Part shown: piece after piece, positions 39,576-53,328 of the stretch
Numbering within the stretch: the first letter of the stretch is position 1
Layout of the letters: each line of letters begins with the position of its first letter
From: Octopus vulgaris
Lineage: Eukaryota
Length of the DNA stretch: 64,000 bases
Assembly: GCA_951406725.2 (NCBI GenBank)
Contig: OX597843.1
Location: forward strand, 20,584,001-20,648,000
Direction of reading: 5' to 3'
Notes under the pieces: model-generated
What the model was told of the DNA's origin: nothing
Seen by the model: only the letters and a program-made list of their open reading frames with translations
The model's database searches: none
Translations under genes and position numbers: made by a program

Positions 39576-39866
39576 ATATATATATATACATATACATATA
39601 TATATATATATATATATATCTACCTACCTATCTATCTATAATTAACAATAACAGGATAATAAAGAAGCTTAGCATTTTTACTACCAGTGGCCTAACGTGT
39701 AAAAAAATTGTCAATATACTATATATATTATTCATATACATGCATTGTACATTTAAACACATAAGAGATATCCGCCTTGTGAGTTTAAACACATTTAAAC
39801 ATATTTAAACGCATAAGAGGTATCACATAAGAGGCAATGTTGGATTGCCTCATGCTTATAGGCGTA

Positions 39867-39936
39867 CCTGCTGATGAAGACTTCGCCTAGCAAATGATTT
39901 TATTTGCTAAAAAAATGTCTGAATCCGTCGTCTAGG
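39867..39936 (+). ncRNA. Hammerhead-like motif with core mutation (GAAA to GAAT)
   Basis: CCTG-CTGATGA-AGAC...TAGCAAAT/ATTTGCTA...GTCT-GAAT-CCGTCG-TC-TAGG, inside an element with inverted repeats ~39747-39775 and ~40039-40067. Confidence 0.6.
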
Positions 39937-40083
39937 AGATAGAGGTAAATGTTTTATAATTTTCATTCCCTTCGATGATTATCCCAAATAGCGGTTTGGA
40001 TTTTAGCTGTTCCTTCTGGCGTGCAGGAAATCCTATGACGGATATCTCTTTTGCGTTTAAATGTACACTGTATTTATATCTAA

Positions 40084-40171
<88 letters not shown>

Positions 40172-40554
40172 ACATATATATACATAGTTGAAATTTGCAG
40201 AAAAACAACTGACGAACACAGATATATGAACCAGGTTTGCATTAGTTTGACACTCCGAAAAGTGAGAAAGGGCTTTACGTTTCGAGCCTACGATCTTCAA
40301 AAGTAAAGGAAATGAGGAAATCACAGAAGTTCAAAAAGGATTAAAAGTTTTAGTGTATTGGTGGGATTTTTTATTAACAGATGTGTCCCGTGAACTCCAT
40401 AAGTATATCCAGTGGCAATCGGGTAGAGTGCAGATATGGAGAATCGGAGAGGTGCAGAAAGTTCAGGCAGTTATAAGTCCAATGTGTAAGTGTTTAAAGC
40501 AGGATAAAACAGGTGTGACCACTTGAGCATGCAATAAATACATACACACACACA

Positions 40555-40631
<77 letters not shown>

Positions 40632-40684
40632 GTACATATGTAAATGTATATGTATATCTATATAAGTGTATGTGTGTATAAAGT

Positions 40685-41065
40685 CAATGGCGTGTCTGCG
40701 TAATAAGAAGCTTGATTTCCAACCACGTGGAGTAGGGGTCAGTGTTAATACGTGCTTCCTTCACCAAGTGTCCTATTCTATATACTCGTGTCATGATTCG
40801 ATTTTGTTGTCAGAAACTGAAAGAGGCCTGTCTTACATATATACATATATACATGGGTGTATGTGTGCGTGTGAGCTTTAAACGTTGTGCTTGTATTAGT
40901 CTCTGGAGAATTTCCGTCCACGTAACTTAACAGTTCCTCTGTAAAAACCGATATAATAAGTAACAGACTTTCAAAATTTAAATACCTGGGAGAATATATT
41001 CGAATAAAATACCTTCTAGGAGTGTTGCCAGCATGTTTGCTGATTAATCACTTGAATAATTGGAA
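40685..41065 (+). mobile_element. Decayed SINE (25690 family)
   Basis: Co-linear similarity to 25690-26105. Confidence 0.65.
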
Positions 41066-41160
41066 GATAATATTCTTTATATATATGTATGTGTGACTGT
41101 ATGTATGTGAGTGTGTATATATGATATATACTCGTGTGCATAGATATTCGCATGCATGTA

Positions 41161-41202
<42 letters not shown>

Positions 41203-41509
41203 ATTAAGAGACAGACCCGCCGTAAAGTAATTCAATTAATAATTAAAGATATTATCTATAATAAAATATAAATATAAATATATTATTAATAATATACTTA
41301 GACATACTAAACTAAATTATGCACATTAAATCGAAGAGGCGCGTTTTGTGACGATATATTTAAATCGACATTATCAAAATCGATAATCTGAAAAATTTAT
41401 ATTTCTTCGCTCAAATGATACAGAGCTACTCTTCAGGTCTATATAGCATAAAATAAATTCACAACGAAAGTGAAGACATTATAATTAAACTTTTAATCTA
41501 TATATATAC

Positions 41510-41608
<99 letters not shown>

Positions 41609-41630
41609 GAGATAGATAGATATGTATATA

Positions 41631-41679
<49 letters not shown>

Positions 41680-41683
<4 letters not shown>

Positions 41684-42320
41684 GAACATGACCCACATTG
41701 GGAACACGACACGCAGTTAGTGTGAGCGGTATACTTTCATAAGGAGTGGGAAGGTTTACTATGAGAAAAGGATGGAAATAAGCAGAGCGTGAACTTTTCG
41801 ATTTGTGTCACATAATTTGAAATTTGAAAAGTACGTGGAAATCTTGAAATTTATTGATTTATTCGAGAAAATGTTTAGAAAACACATCAAAGGTTCGAAA
41901 TTTTATCATTTTTACCCCATTGGAAAACAAGATTTGGAAGCTAAGCTGTTTGTGTTTGAACACTTGTATCATAAAACAGAAATAGGAGAGAATTTAAACA
42001 AAATGACAGCAATGATTGATTTTTAAATCACATAGAGAGAGAGAGAGAGGGAGAGAGAGAGAGAAAGAGAGAGAGTGTGAGAGAGAGCATCAAATAGTAT
42101 GGCAAATATAAGATACATGGGTAGTGAAAGATATAGAGTGAGAGGTTGAGATCTCAAAGTTGGGTTATTTCACGTGGAGGATTATGATATTTATTATATA
42201 TTATGGACGATGTTTACCTTGGAAATCGAATTTCGAAAATCAAATTCGTTTTACTCGTGGACGCAAAGTTTCAGAGGCTTGCAGGTCTAAAAACACAAAA
42301 AAACACATACACCCGTATAT
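41680..42320 (-). mobile_element. Possible non-autonomous Helitron
   Basis: TAGGAACATGA-CCCA-cat-TGGG resembles a reversed 3' end; AAAGTTTCAG...AAACACATACA resembles the 27480 motif. Confidence 0.35.
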
Positions 42321-42414
42321 ATGTATATATGTATGGATGTATATATGTATGTATGTATATATGTAAGTATGTATGTATGCATGTATGTATGTATGCATGT
42401 ATGTATGTATGTAC

Positions 42415-42461
<47 letters not shown>

Positions 42462-42480
42462 CAACAAGAATGGATTAGTT

Positions 42481-42572
42481 GTTCAGTACAATTGTTTCAT
42501 ACGAAGAACAGCTTTATTAAAAGCTGAAGATATTGCAGCAAATACAAGTGTCCCGTATTCATCAGCCTGAAC
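42481..42572 (-). ncRNA. Type I hammerhead ribozyme, intact core
   Basis: Minus strand: GTTCAGG-CTGATGA-ATACGGG...TTCGTAT-GAAA-CAATTG-TA|CTGAAC. Confidence 0.85.
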
Positions 42573-43279
42573 ACATATGAGTTTTCCAAACATCCTAGGA
42601 GTGAGGCTACACTTATGAAGTATCGAAGAGAGTTCAATAAAAAGCAAAGTCAGATTGTATCAGACTTCAAAAGTTCTCTAATGATGCACACTTTTGAAGT
42701 TAAGTACCGCATTCATGTGAGCCCATTGGAACTCACTTGAATCTTAATTGTTGTTACTGAAAATATATATATATATTTATAGATATAGATATATGTTAAA
42801 TATATATAGATATACGTTATACATAAATTGTTATATATAATTATATATATATATATTTCTACTACATACATATATAGTAGAAATATGTTACAAGAAGAAA
42901 ATAGAAAATACGAGTGGAAATATAAGGGGAAAATATGAAAAATCAACGAAAATGCACATTGTAAATAAAACAAGAAAAAGCTTTTTATGAAAGCTACCGA
43001 CATATATATATATACGTTTAGATGGAATGAGGTAGTAATAAGAGTCATAAAAGTCATTATTATGAGATGATTAAAGAGTCAGAAAGCATACCATGCTTTC
43101 TGAGCGGTGTCAGGTCTAAACGTTCCTGAGTAAAAAGATTATTTGTAAGGGAGGTAAGTAGTTCTGGATTTTGTGCAGTAAGGTTAGATATAGAATTGTA
43201 ATGTGAATGGTGTAAGGAATGTATAGTGGTTAGTGGTGTTAATTGAAGGGTTAGTAGTGTTCTATATTAAGTTATGCGT

Positions 43280-44880
43280 TTATATTCAGTTATGGAAGAT
43301 ATTTATTGATGAAAATTGCGTCTTTATTCAGCCTTTGTTGCATTGAGGTGTTCTGTGAACATTGAAATAGGGGGAAGATTTAGAAATTAGGATTAAGATT
43401 CTATGTGTTCACTAAGCTGTAACTGTCTGTATTGTGGGTGGCGGATTTGCTCTCTTTGGAAGGTGGTTCTTCGACGGAGTGATATTCCAGTTTGTCCAAT
43501 ATAGTGGTTACCGAATCCTAAGCATGTCATTGCATAGATTAGATTTTCCGAGGCGCAGGGGAAATTTGATTTGATCTTAAAAATTTCACCTTGTTTGAAG
43601 TGGAATTCTGAATAATCCAAAAGGTGGGGGCATGTTCCATAGTTGAGACGACAACATTTTTTCACTTTTGGCTCTATTGTTAATGGATAGAGTGACTTCA
43701 GTTGCATTTTGCTGTTTATAATTTTGTATGAGCTTAAAATTTCGTTCGTTGTTTTGTCTCCTGTGAGGATGGGAAGGATTTGGGGTGACAATATCGAAGG
43801 CTTCGTTGTTTCTAGGGTTATGTGTGGAAATGTACGGGAGTATTTTTAAGTCTGGTTTAGTATTTCGGCTGGCTTGCCTTAATATTTGTATATCTAATTC
43901 CTTAGCTCTTTTAATGTCATCATTCATGAATGAGATTCGGGAATGTCTTTTAGTTAGTGTTGATCTAAGTTCAAGGAGTCTTGTTCACCAGTATATGTAT
44001 CCGAAACTATGGTACAAATTCTTTTCGTTAGATTAAAAGATATATTAATTTTTATGTGTTTCGGGTAGGAAGAGTTAAATAATAGGTGTTGTTTAGAATC
44101 TGTGGGCTTATAAAAGATGTCTGTTTCTATGTGGTTGATAACTATTTTAATTAAGATGTCTATTTTAAAAGGGAGTTGTTTACTGTTGTGTTCCATAGTG
44201 AACTGTATATTGCTATGTATGTTGTCAAGCATTACTTGCAAATCAATAGTTGTTCAGCAAGATGAATTTGAGTGCTTCGATTATGATTCTGTGGTTTATG
44301 CATCCTGAGATGAATAAACATAGTCATGTGGGGTATTGGTGTACAGATTCACCACATCGAAAGATACCAACAGGCTTCCTTCCTTTAATGTATTCGGGGG
44401 TGGTTCAGCATGTCTAGGTCATCACTGATAAGTCTTTGCACATATTTTTATAAAACGTTTTGAGTAAGATGTCGAGGAAGTTGCTCAAACAGTGGGTTTC
44501 ACAAGAGGGGCCAGCTATGATGGGTCTCAGTTTGAGGTCAGTAGGGGAAGGGACATTAATGCATAGGCTTGTAGAGACTTTGCAGGCTTCCGAAATGTGT
44601 GGATTTTTATATATTTTGGGTAATCCGTAGAATAGATTAGGACTGTATTTAAAATTGGATAAAAAGACTATTTCAAGATTAGTGAGACGCTTTCCATGAA
44701 TTTGGAGTAAAGAGGGCAGGTTTTCTGTGGGTTGTATTGTATTAACTTCTAATAGTAAGTATTATTTTCCAACATGGAAAGTATTAAATTATTGTAGTAT
44801 TCTGTATTCATCACTACTACCGCACTTCCTTTGTCGACTTCTTTGGAATATGTTGAATTTGGAATTTACGAGGCAAAAGT
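43280..44880 (-). mobile_element. Penelope-like element (Neptune-like), degenerate
   Basis: FYGLPK, LRPIIAGP, VSFDVVNLYTN, IQFTME, TDIFYKPTD, Cys linker, GIY-YIG NLIYAMTC..HYIGQT. Confidence 0.9.
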
Positions 44881-45044
44881 ATTGGTGTAGAGTTTAGCCA
44901 GCGTTCGTAGATTTCTGTCTTGTGGTTGTTTTTAATCGTATTGCAGAAATAAAATTTTGTGGCTTTAAGTTTTTCATTCCATATGCCTCCTCACACAAAA
45001 CACACACACATGCACACACACACACACACATACATACAGGCACA

Positions 45045-45150
<106 letters not shown>

Positions 45151-45152
45151 TG

Positions 45153-46012
45153 TACAGGGTACGGTAAATATAGCGTCGTCTAAATTATGCAAAAATGAAA
45201 ATGACACTGACATCCCATCTTAACAGGTATATTTACAAAAATAACAGAAAAAATATCTTGAATGTAAATGTCTTCAATAAAATTGCTATTGGCTTCAACC
45301 ACGTCTTCCGGTCAGTTCGGAATCTCCTGCAACTGCTCTCGACGGTCACCTTGTTTAATTTGGTGAATACTGCCATAATCCTTGTATTCAGTTTATCTTT
45401 GATCTTACAAGGGGTTTTGTTGACCTCTCAGTCAACTGCGTCCCACGCATAAAAATCAAGGGGGTACCAGTCTAGGGAGTTAGATGCCGTGATTTTAGGG
45501 GTGATGTGGTCGCAGAATTTGTCTGACAGCCATGGCTGGGTTCTCCTGGTTGTATGGCATGGTACAGATTCTTGCTGCCAGAGATAGGATCTTCCATCAG
45601 CCACCCCTTTGCTCCAGGGAAGCACTACCTTCTCCAGGGACTTGATGTAGGCCTCCGTATTGAGTCTGAAACCGTGAATGAAAGCATAATGTCACCATCA
45701 TTAGTGATCACTCCAAACACCATGATGTTGACTGGATGTTTGATTTTTATCAGTCTCAGTACATGTCCTTGGATTGCACATTCCTCAGACTGACACCCAA
45801 ACACTCTGAAATGTTCATATTAGATCTCTCGGCGCGAATGCCAAGCAGTGCAGCACGTCGTTTCAAAAAGTTATGGCAGAGTGACTTACGCCATGGTGCT
45901 GTTTTTCTCACAGACGGTACCCAACTGATCATACTATACTGAGAGAAAATCAAAAACAAAGAATGCGCATGCGCGAAATTAAAAAGGTAATTGTGGCAAT
46001 TTCGTGTTGCAA

Positions 46013-46018
<6 letters not shown>
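45153..46018 (-). mobile_element. Tc1/mariner (maT/DD37D-like) remnant
   Basis: MVFGVITNDGD, WQQESVPCH, NSLDWYPLDFYAW; TA-CAGGGT terminus. Confidence 0.8.
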
Positions 46019-46086
<68 letters not shown>

Positions 46087-46220
46087 TACGATTAGGTGTT
46101 GGCATGAATGTGATATAATATTTTCTACTGTATTCAGTCCCACTGCGTGTACTCTGGCTTACAGCACAACAAACTCGTGTATATTTGTTCAAGGTAACTA
46201 AAGGAAACCCATCGTATACA

Positions 46221-47074
46221 TACAAAGTGGCATCGTTATGTTCCTGGATGAGTTATGTTTAATAAAACTAACTTATATTAACTTCATCTCCTTCGGTAAA
46301 GTCACCATGTGCAGGAATACACCGCCAAGCTTTTCGAATACACCCGATCCAGCTTTCTTGACACTTTTGGAATCCGGCCTCTTGAGGACATCTTGATCTC
46401 AACAACGGTCGTAAATTTCGTATTGAACACGATCATTGAACCGTATTTTCATCTTGGTGAAGAGATGGAGGTCACCAGGTACTGAATCTGGCAAAAAGGA
46501 CATGCACAGAAGCGATAGCATGTTGCTTTTGGCAAGAAACCCACGAGTGTGGTGACAGGGAACATTGTCGTCGTGAAAATTACAATAATTTACGCACCAC
46601 AAACCCAGTCAGTTTTCTCGAATGTCATCCTTGAAAAGCTTTAAAATATCGCAATTGATCCCTTCTTTGGACTTGGGGGTCGAATTCGCAATGCACAATA
46701 CTGACGATGTAGAAAAAATATTGAAAATGCTCTTGGTTAAGTTGTCATTCTCTCGTGAACCTGTGAACTTGAAATACTACGTGCGACCCATTGTCTCGTC
46801 GCTATAATCTTGCCGATGCATGCTCCATCTCTCTAAAGCAGACTTTCCAATTTTTACATATAACTTCATGTTGATTCTTTCATCCATACCCGTCCTGTTC
46901 ATACACGTCATCACAAAAATACAAATTCCACATCGTGTGAAGTACACACATCGATGTTACTCAGCATACTGCTTCATGAAGGTCACTGCTCGCTATCACC
47001 GTGCATGCAAATGTGTGCATCCAAGCGTGGTCGCGCTATAGAGTTTTTCCGTGAAATTTTGATACAACCGCGTA
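46221..47074 (-). mobile_element. Mariner-like remnant
   Basis: FHDDNVPCH and PDSVPGDLHLF (decayed HDNA and YSPDLAP motifs); TA-bounded TIR-like end. Confidence 0.65.
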
Positions 47075-47129
47075 TATATATATATACGCGGTTGTATCAA
47101 AATATATATATATATATATATAATTAATA

Positions 47130-47335
47130 ATTATCGCTATACTAATATGGCAGTCTTATAAATATAAGACTAAAGCTGCCGCTGATTAGCTCCAAGAGGC
47201 CACCGCCTCTAGCTAGCTACATGGCACACAAACTGCGTCCGTTATAAACCTTCGCACAGGGGAGGTCAGCCGCTTCATCCTGCTAGTCAGACAGCTGCAG
47301 ACACGTTCCAGGGTTGTTGCCCTTTATCAATTACT
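47130..47335 (-). mobile_element. Second copy of the 26400 repeat with a decayed U3-A8 hammerhead
   Basis: Minus strand: TTGATAA-AGGG-caacaa-CCCT-GGAA-CGTG-TC-TGCAGC at ~47295-47331. Confidence 0.65.
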
Positions 47336-47545
47336 GCTTTTAAATATATATATACACATATATATATTGTCGTTGATCGGGTAATTCTACTGTTTCTCAG
47401 GCCAAGAAATGGTTATGTCGGTGTCCAGGTCCACTATTTATGGACAACCTATAATTCGGGATTGAGAAATTTGAAAATGAAATTCGTAAACAATCATAGA
47501 TAACCACATACACTTGCATTTATACATACATATATGTATTTGTTG

Positions 47546-47635
<90 letters not shown>

Positions 47636-47659
47636 TGTGTGTACGTGTGTGCGTGTGTT

Positions 47660-47702
<43 letters not shown>

Positions 47703-47709
47703 GAATCAG

Positions 47710-47965
47710 ATAAAAGTCCGAGGCTTTGAAAGATTTCAGAACATTTATAGAGAGGTTTTTCTGCTGCTCCAGGGATATTTTATATATTCTTTCATCGAAG
47801 ACGGTGTGAGAAAATGGTTAAGGAATAGTTATTCTAGAATACCTATTGCTTAAACATCTTCTCACACCGTCTCCGATGAAGAGATACATAAATATCCCGG
47901 AAACAGACGTAACGTCTTCTCTTTCAAAATGTTCTTAAATCTTTCACAGCCTTGGATCTTTATTT
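47710..47965. repeat. Imperfect ~255-bp palindrome of pLTR-like arms with decayed hammerheads
   Basis: Centre TATTCTAGAATA at 47830-47841; right arm CCGATGA-AGAGATA...TATCCCG-GAAA-CAGACG-TA. Confidence 0.75.
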
Positions 47966-48095
47966 CCTTCTGTTAATTTTATACATATCCATGTTAATAT
48001 ATGACCTACGTTGGACTCCTCATTTGCATGTCCATAGCACTTACTCAGCTTTGACTGTCACATTTGGGTCTCCTTGAAAACATTACCTCTCATAT

Positions 48096-48175
<80 letters not shown>

Positions 48176-48619
48176 GCAGTAGTTGGTAGTTGTAGTAACA
48201 GAAAAGTTGGAATTTCGATTATCCCACGTGGTGAGTTGTCATGTATATAAGAAATTAAAAAAAGAAAATACGCACACTTACATAGTTTTAATATAATTTT
48301 TAATATATTGACCGGTTTGGATATCGCTATTCATGATATTATATTTTACTTATTTGAATATATATTTTTTCTTAGAAAGAAATTTTGTCCATGTTGTGTG
48401 TGATGTAATTCACGAGTGAATGACTTCACAAGTGGATAAATAAAGGGCGGTTATTGGTTGTCGTTATTATTGTTATTGTTATGGGTAAGGGAGATAACGG
48501 TTCAGCTTTCGGTAATGGGTGCGGATTATATAGGAAGTACAGACAGACAAGTTTCAAAAACCTAGTTTAGTAGTCGGTTTATGTACAGTGATGTATTCGT
48601 GAATTGAAATATATAAAAA

Positions 48620-49957
48620 GATAACAGTTGGTTATGCGTGGATATTAAGGCGTTTTCTTGTATTTTCAATGAAAAAAGTTTCTTTATTTAAACGCTCTAG
48701 TTGAGAGATTGCGTCTTTGCACTGGTAAAAAGGGAAGAGTGTGGAATTTGGTTTGATGTTACCTGCACATGTTTATATATGTTCACTGAAAGGAATTTGT
48801 CTGTATTCCGGGAAATGGATTTTCCCTTTATTTAGAGTGTTTCTCTTTCTCAAGATCATACTTGTTTGTCCAATATAGTGGTGTCCTCAACCCGAGCAGG
48901 TTATTACATGAATTAGGTTCTCAGATGCACAAATGAAACTAGTTGTAATTGTGAACCTCTGTCCTTGTTTGAAAAGGAAGTCCGAGCCTTCATGCAGTTT
49001 GGGACAGGTTCCACACTTTGGGGGTCCACATTTTTCAACCGTTGGTTTTGTGGTTGCTTTGTAGAGCTTCGCATTTGTTAGTAGTCTCTTTAGCAATTTT
49101 TCTTGTTTTTTTCCATTTGATGAGTTTCTGTGTTTTCAGGATGTCGTTCCTTTTTGGATCTCTATTTAGCAAAGGAAGAGTTAGCACAATAGTGGTGAAT
49201 GCCTCACTGTTTCTGTGGTTGTGTGTTGATATAAATAGTAATGTTTTGAGTTGAGTTGTGGTGTTATGTTTTCTTTTTCTTAGTGTTTTCGTGTCTAATT
49301 CAGAAGATATTGTTTTGAATCAGTTGGTTTATAATAAATGTCAGTTATGATTTCATTGTTAACTTTTCTTATCATGACGTCTAAAATGGGACTTGTTCTT
49401 TGTTATATTCCATTGTGAATTGAATGTTACTATTGATGTCATTTAGTGTTGATTTGAAATCCAAGCGTTTGTCGATGTTCTCCTTCCAGATGATAAAGCA
49501 GTCATCAAGGTATCTCTTCCAATTTTCTCTTATGTAGAGGTAAAAGGGTAACCATATTTCTGAAGTGATACTTCATATAAGGTGAATTCAAAATAACCCA
49601 TTATGAGGTTCGCAAGAACAGGAGCTGCTTTCGTTCCCATCGCAATTCCGCATTTCTGACGATAGTATGTGTCATCAAATAGTAAATAATTGTTCTGAAG
49701 TATAAATTTAAAGGATTCAATTATAAAAAATCTACTTTATGCATTCCGGGAGTACTTTTCCAACCAGAATTGAATTGCTTTTATTCCAAAGTCATGGGGG
49801 TTGTTGGTGTAAAGATTGATAACATCGAGGGAAGCCAATATTGCCTCTTCATTAATTGGATTTTCTCTAATGAAACTTTTGATGTATTTCAGCAAGGGTT
49901 TCAGTAGGATGTCTAGAAAATTGCTTTGTCGGTGGGTTTCACAGGCCGGCCCACCTA
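48620..49957 (-). mobile_element. Penelope-like element (Neptune-like), degenerate
   Basis: GIAMGTKAAPVLANLIMG, WKRYLDDCFIIW, IQFTME, KCGPPKCGTCP, NLIHVITC..HYIGQT. Confidence 0.9.
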
Positions 49958-49958
49958 C

Positions 49959-50026
<68 letters not shown>

Positions 50027-50083
50027 ATCCAAACAAGAAAGCACAAAAAACCACAACAACGTGAAGACGTGGAACAAAAAAAG

Positions 50084-50145
<62 letters not shown>

Positions 50146-51124
50146 GTTTGCTTATTTGTATGTATTTGTGTATACATAATTATATTAAGTAACGAAATGA
50201 TGGATCTGGTATTAAATTTTATTCTGTACAACTTTCGTTTCGACCCGTCTTGCTATTGTCCTTTATGTGTGGGACTCTGTTCAACGTGTTGTGCAGCATC
50301 GATCAGTCTGGATCCCATCAGGCACATCGATAAAGTTGTGTGTGACTAAAGATTTCGAGTGTCATCTGACATGTAGTTATACTGCCATCTAGTTGGGGAA
50401 CGAATAAAATACAAAGAAGACTGCAGACATGCAAAAGATTCAAATATGTACGAGGAAATCTTGCGTTCCTCTTTAGATAAAGTGACCTAATGAGCTTTCG
50501 CTTTCATAACTGCTTAGAGGGAAAAGAAAGTAGTAGAAGAGAAAGAAGAAAGAAAATAGGGAGGAGAGGAAAACGAATACTCAGTCAAAAATAAATGTAA
50601 TTAGTGGAGATCTTATTCCTTGTCTCTCTGCAGTGGAGATCTTATTCCTTGTCAGCCGTGCATACCTCTGTTCCTCAATCTGAGATGCTCTAGCCTTTTC
50701 GTAGTGCACAGTCTGTTCGTTTCTTGGTATGCTTCCCTTTCTGAAGCTGTCTCTCTTTCCCTGGACAGAGACATTCTTTTGGCTTTACCTTGACATTGGA
50801 GATATATTTGACACCTTCCTCCTAGGCATGGTTATACAGAAATACACGGCGCAGAAGATAGTAAACAATGAAAATAACTGGGTAACGAAAATTATATTTC
50901 TTAATACGACGAGCAGAACATTAACAAGATAGTTTTACGGAGAATAAAGAATTGTACGTGTTGAAGTGAAATTTGTCACTTACTGAACGAAAGTGCCAGT
51001 ATCGAAGGAACCAGAAAAAAGCCATTAATAACAGACAAACAAAAAACCGGCGCAAAAGTAAATGAGAAATTTTTAGGGAAATTAACTATTTGCGCGGGAT
51101 TAAGTGAAATGTTTATGTATTTGT

Positions 51125-53328
51125 TTTGCTACAGAATCGAAGCGTGCTAACAACAAATCAGATGTTAATATTTTAAAATTTCGTCGAATTCCCTTTGACA
51201 ATTTTCAGAGCTATTTCAATTGACATTTTTTAAATAATTAATCTACAGTAACACTTACCCTATGCATATTTAGAATATGATTTTGGTAATAATTTGCCTG
51301 TCTCCAAAGCAATCATGTAAGGTCGTCATATTTGTCGGAGGGGGCATGTATTTAATTGCGTCTGCCTTCAACGGATCTGGTCCTCGTCCATTTCTTTCAA
51401 TTGTTTGACAATTTTATATTCGGTAAGAAACAAATTCACGCTTTCTTTTTCAATATAATCCCTAATTTTTTCGAACATATATAATATGTGCTCTACATGT
51501 TGATCCTGTGATTCACTTTTAATGAGTATATCATCCAGATATGAAAATGCAAATTCACTATCAGCTAACACTGCATCTATAAGCTGTTGAAAAATTGTGA
51601 CGTAAAGGCATACAGTAACCTGTTGTATATATATATGTGCGTTAATTTTTAGGTATTTATAGCATTCACGTCTACGCTAATATGTAGGTACGCATCAGAG
51701 ATATCCAATTAAGAAAATACCTTGCCACCGTCTAATTTTGCAAATATATCCCCCAGGGTAGGTAGCGGATATGGGAACATTTTAAGTCACTCTTTTAAAC
51801 GAGTGGAAAAAATCAGCATACACTCTGATTTTGTTTATTTCTTTCTAACGATGCAAAAGTTTATCTGTTCCAACGCTGCAAAAGTTACAGTTCGCTTATA
51901 TTTAAATACCGGTTTGGCATTTACTTTTACTTGGAACTTCGTTTTCGTTGTGATGCTGAGATCTAATTTTTCAGAAAGAACTTCAGGAAAAATCTTTTAA
52001 AATTATTTCTACAAATCGTCTGACGATTCATTTGTATTGGCAAGAAAACCATTCACATTTTTACTGAAAAGATTTATGGGGAGTTCCCATAAGTTAAACA
52101 ATTCTATTCAATGTTACGAATAGATTTGGGATATTATTCAAAACAAAATCTTTGGTTTTTAAGGTTTTCCCACGTAATGGAACGTGGTTTATCATTACGC
52201 CATTAAAAATGTAATTATTTTCCTGAAACACCACCTACAATTTTCGAAATGTCTTTTAATCTAGGATTTCTGTTTTCTTTCTATGTATCTGTGTTAATTA
52301 TACAGGTATCACTGCCCTTATCTAGTTGCAACTTTACGTACACAAATTTCCTTTGAGGCTGCTCGTTTTTTGGTCACCGATAACCTGTTTTCGTGTTTTC
52401 TTTCTGTTGAACTGTTTTCCAGGTTTGTTCTACAGTGTGATTTTTTAATGATCTCTCTTGCCACATTTGACGCCTTTTATATTTTGAAACGGGCAGTTAC
52501 TTTTAAAATGTTGACCACCGCACCCACAACATGGATTCGATCTTGACATTAATTTCTCTTATTTCTTATCCGTTACGAGAGCAATTTCTTATTTCTTATC
52601 CGTTATGAGAGCAATCTTTTTCTTCAATTTCGTTTTGTGCGTCGCTTTCTTCATTTTTTTTCGTCTTTCAAGGCATTCTTCTGCTTCTGTCTGAAGAGTT
52701 AATTTTCGTCCAGTTCTAAATCATTTGATTAAATGTGAATAGTTTTTATTGTAACAAATCTCACCTGACTTCATGGGCAGAATATAATTACTATATTGTT
52801 TGTATTTGGCAAGGGATACCTGTCTTACAAAGTAGTCGTACTACTTTCCCTCTCAGATCAATTTTTAAATTCTTCTTTGAGAATTTCTTCGTATCTTCGA
52901 AATTATGCAGAGAAGGTAATCCCTTCCTCTGGATTATAACTGAATACTTCAATAGAGTTTGCTACGCTGTCTGGCAAGTTCACGCCTGAAGTATTTTTAG
53001 ACTTCTTTAACATTAATTCCAGCAAATATTGGTTTTGTTGTTGTTGCTTTTATAGTTGCTCTTGTTGTTACTATTGTTGCTGTTGCAACTGCACCACAGA
53101 TGCCATTAAGCCTTCTATCTTAAACGATTTTTCTTTGGTTTCATACCCATCCCAAACAAATTTAAACATCCAACGCAAACTTCGAATCGATTAACCAACG
53201 CTCTCTGTCAATGGCTCACAGTGAACTATTTACCAATTAATTGCTGAAGACTCGACAGTTGTCTATTTAATAGGAATGTGTCAGTTCCCGTTTAGTCAAT
53301 TGGAAGGTGGTCGGAACCCTTCCACAAT
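51125..53328 (-). mobile_element. Duplicated 5' part of the Gypsy element (RT, protease, gag, partial 5' LTR)
   Basis: FSYLDDILI ORF at 51368-51571; homologous to 4990-7700. Confidence 0.85.
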
